44,448 nucleotides of DNA from a virus. Of the stretch, positions 35,720 to 43,497 are shown one piece after another. The translations under genes were made by a program, and so were the position numbers. Positions within the stretch are counted from its first letter, which is position 1. Each line of letters begins with the position of its first letter. Location of the stretch: UHGV virus genome UHGV-1376603; one strand, 5' to 3'. A model generated the notes under the pieces. The model had not been told where the DNA came from. It did not search any database and saw only the letters and a program-made list of their open reading frames with translations.

Positions 35720-36409
35720 ATGAAAACGACACTTGCAGAACGATTAAGAGAAGCCAGAAAGGCTGCCAGCATGACCCAGAAGACTCTGGGAGATGTTGTT
35801 GGAGTTAGTCAGGCTGCGATCCAGAAGATTGAAACTGGAAGGGCTGCTCAGACCACAAAATTGCTCGATATAGCCAAGGCTTTAAGGGTGAGACCTGAGT
35901 GGCTTTCTTCGGGAACTGGCGCCATGAGGGCTGATGGTGAAGATGACAAGAAGCCTTCACACATAAATCATGATGTGTTCAGGGTCGACATTTTGGATCT
36001 GGCCGTCAGTGCCGGCCCGGGCATTGTGAATCAGGAGTTCGTGGAGATCCTCCACTCGGTTGAGTATGCGCCAGCGGAAGCCCGGCACATGTTCGATGGG
36101 CGTAAGGCTGAGAACATCCGTATCATCAACGTCCGGGGTGACAGCATGTCCGGCACGATTGAGCCGGGTGATCTGCTGTTCGTCGACATCAGCGTTAAGA
36201 GCTTTGACGGCGACGGGATATACGCCTTCCTGTACGACGACACTGCTCACGTCAAGCGCCTGCAGAAGATGAAGGACAAGCTGCTGGTTATCTCAGATAA
36301 CAAGAGCTATGCAGCCTGGGACCCGATCGAAAAAGACGAGATGAACCGGGTGTTCGTGTTCGGCAAGGTGATCGGCAGCATGCCGAAGACGTACAGGAAG
36401 CATGGTTAG
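35720..36409 (+). CDS. cI: CI repressor (HTH plus S24 LexA-like peptidase domain)
   Basis: N-terminal HTH QKTLGDVVGVSQAAIQKIE. C-terminal GDSM ... K autocleavage motifs (VRGDSMSGTIEPGDLL, HVKRL). Confidence 0.85.
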   Translation: MKTTLAERLREARKAASMTQKTLGDVVGVSQAAIQKIETGRAAQTTKLLDIAKALRVRPEWLSSGTGAMRADGEDDKKPSHINHDVFRVDILDLAVSAGPGIVNQEFVEILHSVEYAPAEARHMFDGRKAENIRIINVRGDSMSGTIEPGDLLFVDISVKSFDGDGIYAFLYDDTAHVKRLQKMKDKLLVISDNKSYAAWDPIEKDEMNRVFVFGKVIGSMPKTYRKHG

Positions 36410-36546
36410 TCATGCCTGTGGACTGATGCGGTGTTTGGGAGATCAGAAGCAAGGGGTTCAAACCCGTTGACGGCTCTCTAGTGATGCACAACAATGATTA
36501 TATGTAATGGGCGATTTTTAATTGATGTTGGGGTTTCGATAAATTA

Positions 36547-37263
36547 ATGGGCAAAGATAAGCGCCTGACCTTGAAACTTGATGGTACCAGTCCTGACGAG
36601 CTTACAATGTCTCGCCTTGGTAAGTATCTATCAGCTCTATCCGACCTTTATGGTTCGGTGGATGCCGTTCACTTTAAGGATGTGAGCGAAGGGTCGGCGT
36701 GCCTGAATACCTGGGTGGATAACCAAGCGTCATACGATGCAGTTATACAGCGCTCAATGACACAAGCTGCAACATCTGGAAGCTCTTACTTAAAATTAGT
36801 TTCTTTGCTGGCTCAAGATGGTTTTGGCGCAAAATTAATCAACCAGGATAAAGTTACTATTCTTGATTTTCCATCAATCAATGAAGAAGCCCCTTTCGTC
36901 GTAAGAAAGAAAGGCAAGGTGCAAGGAAAACTTTACAACGTTGGTGGCAAGGATGACTCCGCGCCAGTGAAGCTTGAGGGGGCTAACGGGGAGACATATC
37001 ACTGTGAGGCAACTCCCGCTATGGCCGCAAAGCTTGGTGCATTGCTTTTCAAGCAAATACGGGTTTCAGGTGATAGTGAATGGATTAAAAAAGATGGCAA
37101 GTGGAAGCTAAAAAAATTAATAATTGAATCCTATGAAGTCTTAGAAAGCTCTAACTTGAAGACTGCTTTTAAAGCATTGCAGAATGCTCCCGGTAATCAA
37201 TGGACAGAAGAAGATGACACTCAAGCCATCTTAAAAGCTTTAAGGGCGCTAAATTGCGAATAA
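36547..37263 (+). CDS. Unknown 238-aa protein, first gene of the cI-adjacent cargo (defence-module candidate)
   Basis: ORF in a visibly AT-richer segment directly downstream of cI. No recognisable motif. Its stop lies 10 nt inside the TTG start of the PIN gene. Confidence 0.5.
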   Translation: MGKDKRLTLKLDGTSPDELTMSRLGKYLSALSDLYGSVDAVHFKDVSEGSACLNTWVDNQASYDAVIQRSMTQAATSGSSYLKLVSLLAQDGFGAKLINQDKVTILDFPSINEEAPFVVRKKGKVQGKLYNVGGKDDSAPVKLEGANGETYHCEATPAMAAKLGALLFKQIRVSGDSEWIKKDGKWKLKKLIIESYEVLESSNLKTAFKALQNAPGNQWTEEDDTQAILKALRALNCE

Positions 37264-37799
37264 TATTCGATACTAACATTTTAGTGCAGGCCATCACAGG
37301 AATGAAAGATGGATGCAAGTTATCTAACCCTGAAAATGGCATGGAAATACCAGATCCCATGAGAAGGGTAGAAGCACTGATCGATATGGTAGAGAGCAGT
37401 GGCGGAGCCGTCATCATACCTACCCCAGTTTTAGCTGAGTATCTGGTTGGTATTGATAAGAAAGATCACCAAACGCACCTTAATTTAATTCAGAGACAAT
37501 CTTGTTTTGAGATTGCTAGCTTTGATGAAATATCTGCAATTGAATGCGCTCAGATGCCATCGATAAAAGAGTTAAAGCTTATGATGAAATCTGACACAGC
37601 AAGCAAAGTAAAATTCGACCGGCAAATTATTTCCATTGCTAAGGCGCTCAATGTAGATGAGGTTTGGACACATGACAAAGGTGTATTCAACCGCTGCAAA
37701 GAAATGGGTATAGTGGTCAAATCACTTGCAGATATAGACCCAGCCCCAGTGCAGGTACTAATTGATATGAGTCATGACGCCCCCTCAGAGCTTCACTAA
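37254..37799 (+). CDS. PIN-domain protein (putative RNase), TTG start, coupled to the preceding gene
   Basis: N-terminus RIIFDTNILVQAI is a PIN first-strand motif with the conserved Asp. Later acidic residues at PTPVLAEY, WTHDKG, FDRQ. AAGGG RBS 7 nt before the TTG. Confidence 0.6.
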   Translation: MRIIFDTNILVQAITGMKDGCKLSNPENGMEIPDPMRRVEALIDMVESSGGAVIIPTPVLAEYLVGIDKKDHQTHLNLIQRQSCFEIASFDEISAIECAQMPSIKELKLMMKSDTASKVKFDRQIISIAKALNVDEVWTHDKGVFNRCKEMGIVVKSLADIDPAPVQVLIDMSHDAPSELH

Positions 37800-37817
37800 C
37801 TTAAAAATAAAACCAGT

Positions 37818-37841
37818 ACCCGGCCACCGCGCCGGGTTTTT
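37818..37841. terminator. Bidirectional intrinsic terminator between the PIN gene and the 67-aa minus-strand gene
   Basis: ACCCGGC-CACCGC-GCCGGGT with TTTTT on the + strand and TTTTATTTTT (after 5 nt) on the minus strand. Confidence 0.55.
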
Positions 37842-37847
37842 ACTGCC

Positions 37848-38051
37848 CTACTCTTCCCTCAGCATCAGCACGTCCAGTGCCAGCTCCACAGCCAGATCTA
37901 CCTGGTCACCCTGCCACAACACCTGAATCATCTCTATCAGCGCCTCTCTTGATGGCTCGCGCTTCTCAACCAGCAGTTGCATAACCGCTATCCCGATGAC
38001 CTGCGCTATCTGCGGGTGCATTTCTGCGAAAAACTCATCCTCATTCGACAT
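37848..38051 (-). CDS. Acidic 67-aa helical protein transcribed divergently from the PL-like promoter
   Basis: AGAGGG RBS 10 nt upstream. Sequence MSNEDEFFAEMHPQIAQVIGIAVMQLLVEKREPSREALIEMIQVLWQGDQVDLAVELALDVLMLREE. No motif recognised. Confidence 0.5.
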   Translation of the reverse strand: MSNEDEFFAEMHPQIAQVIGIAVMQLLVEKREPSREALIEMIQVLWQGDQVDLAVELALDVLMLREE

Positions 38052-38059
38052 GGCGCTGC

Positions 38060-38215
38060 CCTCTTTGGCGTTTTTTTGAGCTTACCAGCACGCTTTACAA
38101 AAATAAATAACCAATAAAAACAACCAAATAAAACCATTGCAGCCATTTAAACAACTATTGTTGTTGACTATAAAACAACTATGGTTTTAAATTAACTCAT
38201 CCAAACAACACCGGC
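38060..38215. promoter_or_regulatory. OL/PL-like region: strong + strand promoter TTGACT-17-TTAAAT plus operator-like palindromes shared with OR
   Basis: TTGACT 38164..38169 and TTAAAT 38187..38192. The block CTATAAAACAACTATGGTTTTAAATT parallels CTATAAAACCATGGTTGTAAATT at OR. Half-palindrome AACAACTATTGTTGTT. AT-rich leader for the divergent 67-aa gene. Confidence 0.5.
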
Positions 38216-38271
38216 AACGCCGGGGTGAAGTCAAAACGTCCCGTTAGCCGCGATAAGGCAAAGGTGAAGAG

Positions 38272-38379
38272 ATGATCCGAGAACATGAGGTTCCTGCGTG
38301 GAACAGATTCAAGGTGAAGGTGGCACTGTTGTTGGCTTTGGTCGCATTCGTAAGCGTTCAGTGCTGGGGTGCGGTATGA
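38272..38379 (+). CDS. 35-codon micro-ORF, first in the PL operon (hydrophobic central segment)
   Basis: Translation MIREHEVPAWNRFKVKVALLLALVAFVSVQCWGAV. Its TGA overlaps the next ATG (ATGA). Confidence 0.3.
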   Translation: MIREHEVPAWNRFKVKVALLLALVAFVSVQCWGAV

Positions 38380-38486
38380 GCAGAAACGGCATTCGTTCAC
38401 TGGTTATCGCGCTGGCCATTGGTGTGGTTTTCTGGGCTGGTCTGGCTGTCGAAATTATGCATTTCACGGGGGTGTTCAATGGTTAG
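38376..38486 (+). CDS. 36-codon single-TM micro-protein
   Basis: Translation MSRNGIRSLVIALAIGVVFWAGLAVEIMHFTGVFNG. Coupled upstream and downstream (ATGA, ATGGTTAG). Confidence 0.35.
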   Translation: MSRNGIRSLVIALAIGVVFWAGLAVEIMHFTGVFNG

Positions 38487-38685
38487 TCATCATTACGGGA
38501 CACAGACCGTTAACCGCGGAGCCGTTCTCCCAGGGATGCTCGTTAAGCATCGGGAAAGCACCTGGACAGCATCAGCAAATAAACGCGGCCGCCTGTACCT
38601 GCATCGTGGGATTGAGCGGACTTACACAACCGACTTGCTGGTTGAAGTTTATCTGAACGGGTTGGGACAAGGTCTCAGCCGGTAA
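38479..38685 (+). CDS. Hypothetical 68-aa basic protein
   Basis: ATG at 38479 overlaps the stop of the preceding micro-ORF. Arg/Lys-rich. Confidence 0.35.
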   Translation: MVSHHYGTQTVNRGAVLPGMLVKHRESTWTASANKRGRLYLHRGIERTYTTDLLVEVYLNGLGQGLSR

Positions 38686-38765
38686 TCGAAACGAAGAATT
38701 TAACTGAGCTATCAGGCAGCCAATACGGTGCCGGGATTCTTACAACCAAATTTCAGGAGCGAGCT

Positions 38766-39050
38766 ATGAACGCATACCGCGCATACGACGCTATCGAAGA
38801 GCGTAAGTGGGCTGAACAAACGCTGTCCGAAGAGAAGGAAAAGTGGATTGACGATCGGGCGAAAGAGGTCTTTGACAGACTTCCAGAGGATCCATACGCG
38901 GCACTACGCCAGTCTGTATCGTCCAAGGCGTTTCCATATGAAGGCCTCCGTAGCGATAAGGCTGGCGAGGTATACAACGACTTGCGCACAGCAATAGCTT
39001 ACGCCCAGGCGGAATACGACTGGGATCACCGCACCGGCTGCCCGTTTTAA
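38766..39050 (+). CDS. Hypothetical protein (94 aa)
   Basis: CAGGAG RBS. Acidic and helical. Confidence 0.45.
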   Translation: MNAYRAYDAIEERKWAEQTLSEEKEKWIDDRAKEVFDRLPEDPYAALRQSVSSKAFPYEGLRSDKAGEVYNDLRTAIAYAQAEYDWDHRTGCPF

Positions 39051-39052
39051 GG

Positions 39053-39565
39053 ATGCATGAAATGTCTGAATCTAAAACTCACTACCGAAAAGCTTTTGAC
39101 TCTCCATACCTGAGCAGCGCCGACATCGTTGAGCCCACGGTGCTGACGATTGCCCGGGCAACGTTAGAAAGCGATAAAACCAAAAAAACTAAAGACGTTT
39201 TTAACACCGCTTATTTTGAGGAGCGCGAGTTGCGCCCTGGCGAAAAGCTTAAGCCAATGATCCTGAATGCCACCAACAGCAAGATGCTGAAAAGCATTAC
39301 CGGATCGCCATTCCTTGAGGATTGGGTCGGCGTGAAAGTCACTGTTTACGTCGATAAAAATGTCAGGTTCGGAAAGGAATCGGTTGAAGGTCTCCGCTTA
39401 AGCCCAGCGCGCGTTACAAAACCTGTGCTTTCGCCGGAAAAAACGCAGGCATGGAATAACGCTAAGGCCGCCTTCAGGCGCGATGGCAACCTTGATGCAG
39501 TGCTGGCGAGAATGGACATTTCTCCAGAGCATCGCCGCCAACTGGAAAAGGAGTGCTCAGCATGA
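39053..39565 (+). CDS. Hypothetical 170-aa protein directly upstream of, and overlapping, the exonuclease gene (possible ssDNA-binding/annealing partner)
   Basis: Positional partner of the YqaJ-type exonuclease (13-nt overlap). No motif recognised. Confidence 0.4.
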   Translation: MHEMSESKTHYRKAFDSPYLSSADIVEPTVLTIARATLESDKTKKTKDVFNTAYFEERELRPGEKLKPMILNATNSKMLKSITGSPFLEDWVGVKVTVYVDKNVRFGKESVEGLRLSPARVTKPVLSPEKTQAWNNAKAAFRRDGNLDAVLARMDISPEHRRQLEKECSA

Positions 39566-40185
39566 TCTGGCATGACGTCGAGCAAAACGGGGAAGAGTGG
39601 GATGCTCTTCGCCTGGGGAAGGCTACCGCTTCAAACTTCGGCTTGATTATGGCTAACGATGGCAAGGCGTTTGGCGAGCCAGCCAAGCGTTATGCGCTTC
39701 AGTTAGCTCTTGAGCAGATTAAAGGGTGTAAGTCTGAGTTTGGCTTCACAAACGACCATATGGAGCGCGGGCACGAACAGGAGCCAATCGCTCGCATGCT
39801 GTACGAAGAGATGAACTTCGTCGACGTGGATAACGGCGGTTTCTTTGATCACGAAACGTATGGGGATAGTCCAGACGGACTCGTAGGCCGGGATGGGTTG
39901 ATTGAGATTAAGTCGGTAATTGCCGCTACTCACTACGCCACCCTCACCCGCGGCTCCTTCGATCCGGCATACAGATGGCAACTAATCGGCCACCTTGATT
40001 GCTCTGGCCGGGATTGGGTTGACTTCATCAGCTACTGCTCTGATTTCCCTGATGGAAAGCAACTCATTGTTTACCGCCTGACGGCCGCTGAGTGTCAATC
40101 AGAGATAGCCCGCCTTCGCGCGAGAAGGAATGAGTTCCTCTCCCTTGTGGCAGAGACTAAGCGAATGATACTGGAGCTCGAATGA
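39553..40185 (+). CDS. YqaJ-type viral recombination exonuclease (PD-(D/E)XK, lambda Exo-like)
   Basis: Sequence WHDVEQNGEEWDALRLGKATASNFGLIM matches the YqaJ N-terminal motif. Later D...E.K acidic residues. Confidence 0.65.
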   Translation: MLSMIWHDVEQNGEEWDALRLGKATASNFGLIMANDGKAFGEPAKRYALQLALEQIKGCKSEFGFTNDHMERGHEQEPIARMLYEEMNFVDVDNGGFFDHETYGDSPDGLVGRDGLIEIKSVIAATHYATLTRGSFDPAYRWQLIGHLDCSGRDWVDFISYCSDFPDGKQLIVYRLTAAECQSEIARLRARRNEFLSLVAETKRMILELE

Positions 40186-40610
40186 AACGCACTCCATTTT
40201 ACCGCAGGCCCGGCAAAGTCGGGAAATTCTCCGGCCTTCGCGAGCGCGTGATCTGGATGATTCAGACGCGCGGCCGCCCTGTAACCGGTAGCGAAATAGC
40301 GGAGAAGTTCGGCGTGACGCTTGTCGAATTTAACCGCGTTGCGAACGGTATTACCAGGGGAGAAGGCCGCATTGCACAGCTGATCGCATCGGAAACCTGG
40401 CTCAACGAGGACGGCATCTGCGATCGCACCTTTGACCTGATCACAAGGCCAAAGGTCATTACCCCGCAGGGTAAAACGCGCCTGTTCACTAAGCGCTCGA
40501 TAGCTCAGGCCGCCTCTGGCAACCGCCAGAAATGTATTGATAAAGCGGCCCGGCGCCGCCGGCTTATCGCATCTGGCCTCTATATCGATGAAATGGAGTC
40601 AGTCCTATGA
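40182..40610 (+). CDS. Hypothetical basic protein (142 aa)
   Basis: ORF with ATGA coupling to both neighbours. Confidence 0.4.
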   Translation: MKRTPFYRRPGKVGKFSGLRERVIWMIQTRGRPVTGSEIAEKFGVTLVEFNRVANGITRGEGRIAQLIASETWLNEDGICDRTFDLITRPKVITPQGKTRLFTKRSIAQAASGNRQKCIDKAARRRRLIASGLYIDEMESVL

Positions 40611-41263
40611 CCCGCTACTCACTTATCTATTCTGACCCGGCCTGGTCTTACGGGAACACGATCAGCAACGGTGCCGCCGTAGATCACTACCCCACCATGA
40701 GCCTGCTCGATATGAAGCGGCTCCCGGTATGGGAGCTCGCCGCGGATAACGCTGTTCTAGCGATGTGGTACACCGGCACCCACAACCAGGAGGCGATCGA
40801 GCTGGCCGAGGCCTGGGGCTTTACGGTGCGCACTATGAAGGGCTTCACCTGGGTAAAGTTGAATCAGTTGGCCGAGTTGCGAATTACCAAGGCTCTGGCA
40901 GAGGGAGAGATCGCAGATTTTTACGACTTCCTCGCCCTGCTTAATGCCGAGACGCGCATGAACGGCGGCAACCACACCCGCGCCAATACCGAAGACGTGC
41001 TGATCGCCACCCGCGGCGCCGGGCTGGAACGCAAGCACGCCGGCATTAAGCAGGTGGTCTACAGCCCCCTCGGCGCTCACAGCGAGAAACCGTGGGAAGT
41101 TCGCCACCGCCTGGAGTTGCTCTACGGCGACGTGCCGCGGATTGAGTTATTCAGCCGCAGCGCTGCGCCAGGCTGGAGCCATTGGGGAAACCAATGCGCC
41201 ACCGCTTCCGTTGAGCTGATCCCTGGATGCGCCATCGACGTTGTGAAGACGGAGGCAGCATGA
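40607..41263 (+). CDS. MT-A70 family N6-adenine DNA methyltransferase
   Basis: Block IYSDPAWSY is the DPPW catalytic motif of MT-A70/Dam-like phage methylases. Confidence 0.7.
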   Translation: MTRYSLIYSDPAWSYGNTISNGAAVDHYPTMSLLDMKRLPVWELAADNAVLAMWYTGTHNQEAIELAEAWGFTVRTMKGFTWVKLNQLAELRITKALAEGEIADFYDFLALLNAETRMNGGNHTRANTEDVLIATRGAGLERKHAGIKQVVYSPLGAHSEKPWEVRHRLELLYGDVPRIELFSRSAAPGWSHWGNQCATASVELIPGCAIDVVKTEAA

Positions 41264-42309
41264 GCGCGGCAGCTTACTACAACGAGATCGACCCATTCGC
41301 GGCGCAGTGGCTGCGTAACCTCATAGCCGCCGGGCATATCGCCCCGGGCGAAGTTGACGAACGGAGTATTGAAGATGTCACACCTGACGACCTCAGAGGA
41401 TTTACCCAGTGCCACTTTTTCGCCGGTATCGGCGTCTGGTCCCATTCCCTCCGCCTCGCCGGATGGCCTGACGATCGCCCGGTCTGGACTGGCTCCTGCC
41501 CGTGCCAGCCTTTCAGCGCGGCAGGTAAGGGCGATGGATTTGCTGACGAGCGGCACCTATGGCCAGCCTTCAACCACCTTATCAGCGAGCGCAGGCCTCA
41601 GCATGTCTTTGGCGAACAGGTTGCAGCGGGTAGTGCAAACGCTTGGTTCGACCTTGTACAGGCAGACCTGGAAGGACTGGGATACGCCTTCGGGCTTGTG
41701 CCGTTTACGTCAGCGGGCATCGGCGCGCCGCACATCAGAGAGCGGGCCTACTGGGTGGCCAACGCCGACAGCCTCATCAGTGACCGGCGCTGGAACGTCC
41801 GGGCGCCAGGGCGGCATGACTATTCAAACGGCGGCGATGATGTCAGGCTGGGTAACACCAACGTCACGCGACTGGAAAGACTCGGCGGGAATGACGGCGC
41901 AGCGGGACGGGAAAGAGCGACTGGACCAACTGCCGCGTCAGGCGTTCATGACGGGCTGGCCAACGCCACAGGTCAACTACATCACCAATGCAACGACGGT
42001 GCAAATGAGTGCGGACGGCAGGGAGACACCGAACAAAATCGGATGGGCGGCGAGCCTCTGCGGCCCCTTGAGGTTAACGGTTTTTGGCGAGATGCGGACT
42101 GGCTTCTTTGTCGAGATGGCAAATGGCGTCCAGTTGAACCCGGCACATTCCCGCTGGTTGATGGGGCTGCCGCACGCATGGGACGAGTCGAGCCCGGGGT
42201 GGCAAGAGTGGCAAGCAGCAACCGCGTCGGCCGCCTGAAGGGTTACGGCAACGCCATAAACGCACAGGCAGCTGCGGCTTTCATTCGAGCTTATATGGGG
42301 GTCGCATGA
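41260..42309 (+). CDS. DNA cytosine-5 methyltransferase. The conserved motifs and GC3 signal switch frame twice (frame 1 to frame 2 near 41800, back near 42230), so this is a possible pseudogene or recoded gene.
   Basis: Frame 1 holds motif I FAGIGVW, motif IV PCQPFS and motif VIII PHIRERAYWV at the 5' end, and motif X GYGNAINAQAAAAFI at the 3' end. Frame 2 (41354..42238) holds GW-TP repeats (SGWVTPTSRDWKD, TGWPTPQ) and a near-consensus motif IX LNPAHSRWLMGLPHAWDE. Third-codon-position GC in the middle segment is about 72-74% in frame 2 versus 42-53% in frame 1. The frame-1 5' end is about 69%. Confidence 0.6.
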   Translation: MSAAAYYNEIDPFAAQWLRNLIAAGHIAPGEVDERSIEDVTPDDLRGFTQCHFFAGIGVWSHSLRLAGWPDDRPVWTGSCPCQPFSAAGKGDGFADERHLWPAFNHLISERRPQHVFGEQVAAGSANAWFDLVQADLEGLGYAFGLVPFTSAGIGAPHIRERAYWVANADSLISDRRWNVRAPGRHDYSNGGDDVRLGNTNVTRLERLGGNDGAAGRERATGPTAASGVHDGLANATGQLHHQCNDGANECGRQGDTEQNRMGGEPLRPLEVNGFWRDADWLLCRDGKWRPVEPGTFPLVDGAAARMGRVEPGVARVASSNRVGRLKGYGNAINAQAAAAFIRAYMGVA

Positions 42310-42527
42310 CGCCAGAAGAAAAAGAAAACGCTCTCCGCGCCCAGGCACGTCGCTGCGCAGAAGAGATAACCAAAGCGATGAGCGTAAAGCCTAAACCGAA
42401 GTGGAACGCTGTATGCCCCCCCATCCTTCGCAAGCACTACGAGAAGGTAAAGCCGATGGGTGTCAGCCTGGTGAAATTTGTCAGTGTTATTGGCCGCATG
42501 AATGGGCGGTATGGAGTGGAATCATGA
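42306..42527 (+). CDS. Hypothetical protein (73 aa)
   Basis: ORF with ATGA coupling to the next gene. Confidence 0.4.
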   Translation: MTPEEKENALRAQARRCAEEITKAMSVKPKPKWNAVCPPILRKHYEKVKPMGVSLVKFVSVIGRMNGRYGVES

Positions 42528-42796
42528 GCAAAAACCTACACATCGAACTCGGTGATAAATACGTCGTCACAGGGTCAACGCATGACCTCATCCTGAACGA
42601 GAAACGCATCATTAAGGATGGTAAGAACGCCGGTCAGGAAACGCTGGCTCGACTCGGCTACTACAGCAAGTTTGATCACCTGGTGAAAGAACTTTGCCAT
42701 CGTGAAATTCTGCAATCAGAAGCGCAGTCACTGGAAGAGTTACGCGACTACATCTTTGCGCTCGGCGAGAAGCTGAGTAAGGCAGTCGAGTTATGA
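42524..42796 (+). CDS. Hypothetical protein (90 aa from Met 42524)
   Basis: ATG overlaps the upstream stop. The longer track ORF start (42401) overlaps the previous gene. Confidence 0.4.
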   Translation: MSKNLHIELGDKYVVTGSTHDLILNEKRIIKDGKNAGQETLARLGYYSKFDHLVKELCHREILQSEAQSLEELRDYIFALGEKLSKAVEL

Positions 42797-43497
42797 GCTT
42801 CTTCGAAATTGACTCACGATTTTTGATTGATACCGCATTTCACCGTCTGGAAATCATCCGTGACGATGGGCTGTATCGCCACCTGCGCATGCAGCAGCCG
42901 GGAACATCTTGCTACTACTACGACGTTATCACATGGCCTGGTTACTTGACCGTAACCGGCGACATGGGAACCTGGACATTCAGTCGCATCGCGGACATGT
43001 TCGACTTTTTTGGCGCCTGGGAGGGTGGAATCAATACCCATTATTGGGCTGAAAAGCTGGAGGCTGGCGCGGGATGTTCGGCACGAGAAATGCTGGCAAA
43101 AGAGTATGACCACGACGCGTTCTACAAAAGCCTGAAAGAGTCTCTGAGTGATTACCTGGGGGACGACGAAAGCGAGGAGCCAGAAGAAGATGACGACTGG
43201 GACGACGATGACGACACACCCGATAGCGACAAAGCAGTGGTGCGCGAAATCGTCCGCGGCTTGTGCCGGGCGGGTTTCAACAATGAATGGGAGGCTTATC
43301 AGGCTGTTTATGATGCTGATTGGCCAGCTGGCTGGAGCGCTTGGGATGTCTGCGAAGGACTGACATTTAAAACGTATACCAGCCATTTCCGATGGATTCT
43401 GTTCGCCATCACATGGGCAATCAGCAAATACCACAACGCGAAGATTGTTGATAAAGCGATGGCTACGTTTTTGGCCGTTAAGGGAGTTTCAGCATGA
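42793..43497 (+). CDS. Hypothetical protein with a strongly acidic central stretch (234 aa)
   Basis: ORF. Asp/Glu-rich segment DDESEEPEEDDDWDDDDDTPDSD. Confidence 0.45.
   Translation: MSFFEIDSRFLIDTAFHRLEIIRDDGLYRHLRMQQPGTSCYYYDVITWPGYLTVTGDMGTWTFSRIADMFDFFGAWEGGINTHYWAEKLEAGAGCSAREMLAKEYDHDAFYKSLKESLSDYLGDDESEEPEEDDDWDDDDDTPDSDKAVVREIVRGLCRAGFNNEWEAYQAVYDADWPAGWSAWDVCEGLTFKTYTSHFRWILFAITWAISKYHNAKIVDKAMATFLAVKGVSA

Noticed and set aside
41354-42238. 294-aa ORF as an independent gene
   Set aside because: Its N-terminal two-thirds is Ser/Thr/Ala-rich frame noise of the methyltransferase 5' region. Only its 3' portion carries real MTase motifs. It is interpreted as the shifted middle of the same C5-MTase gene, not a separate gene.
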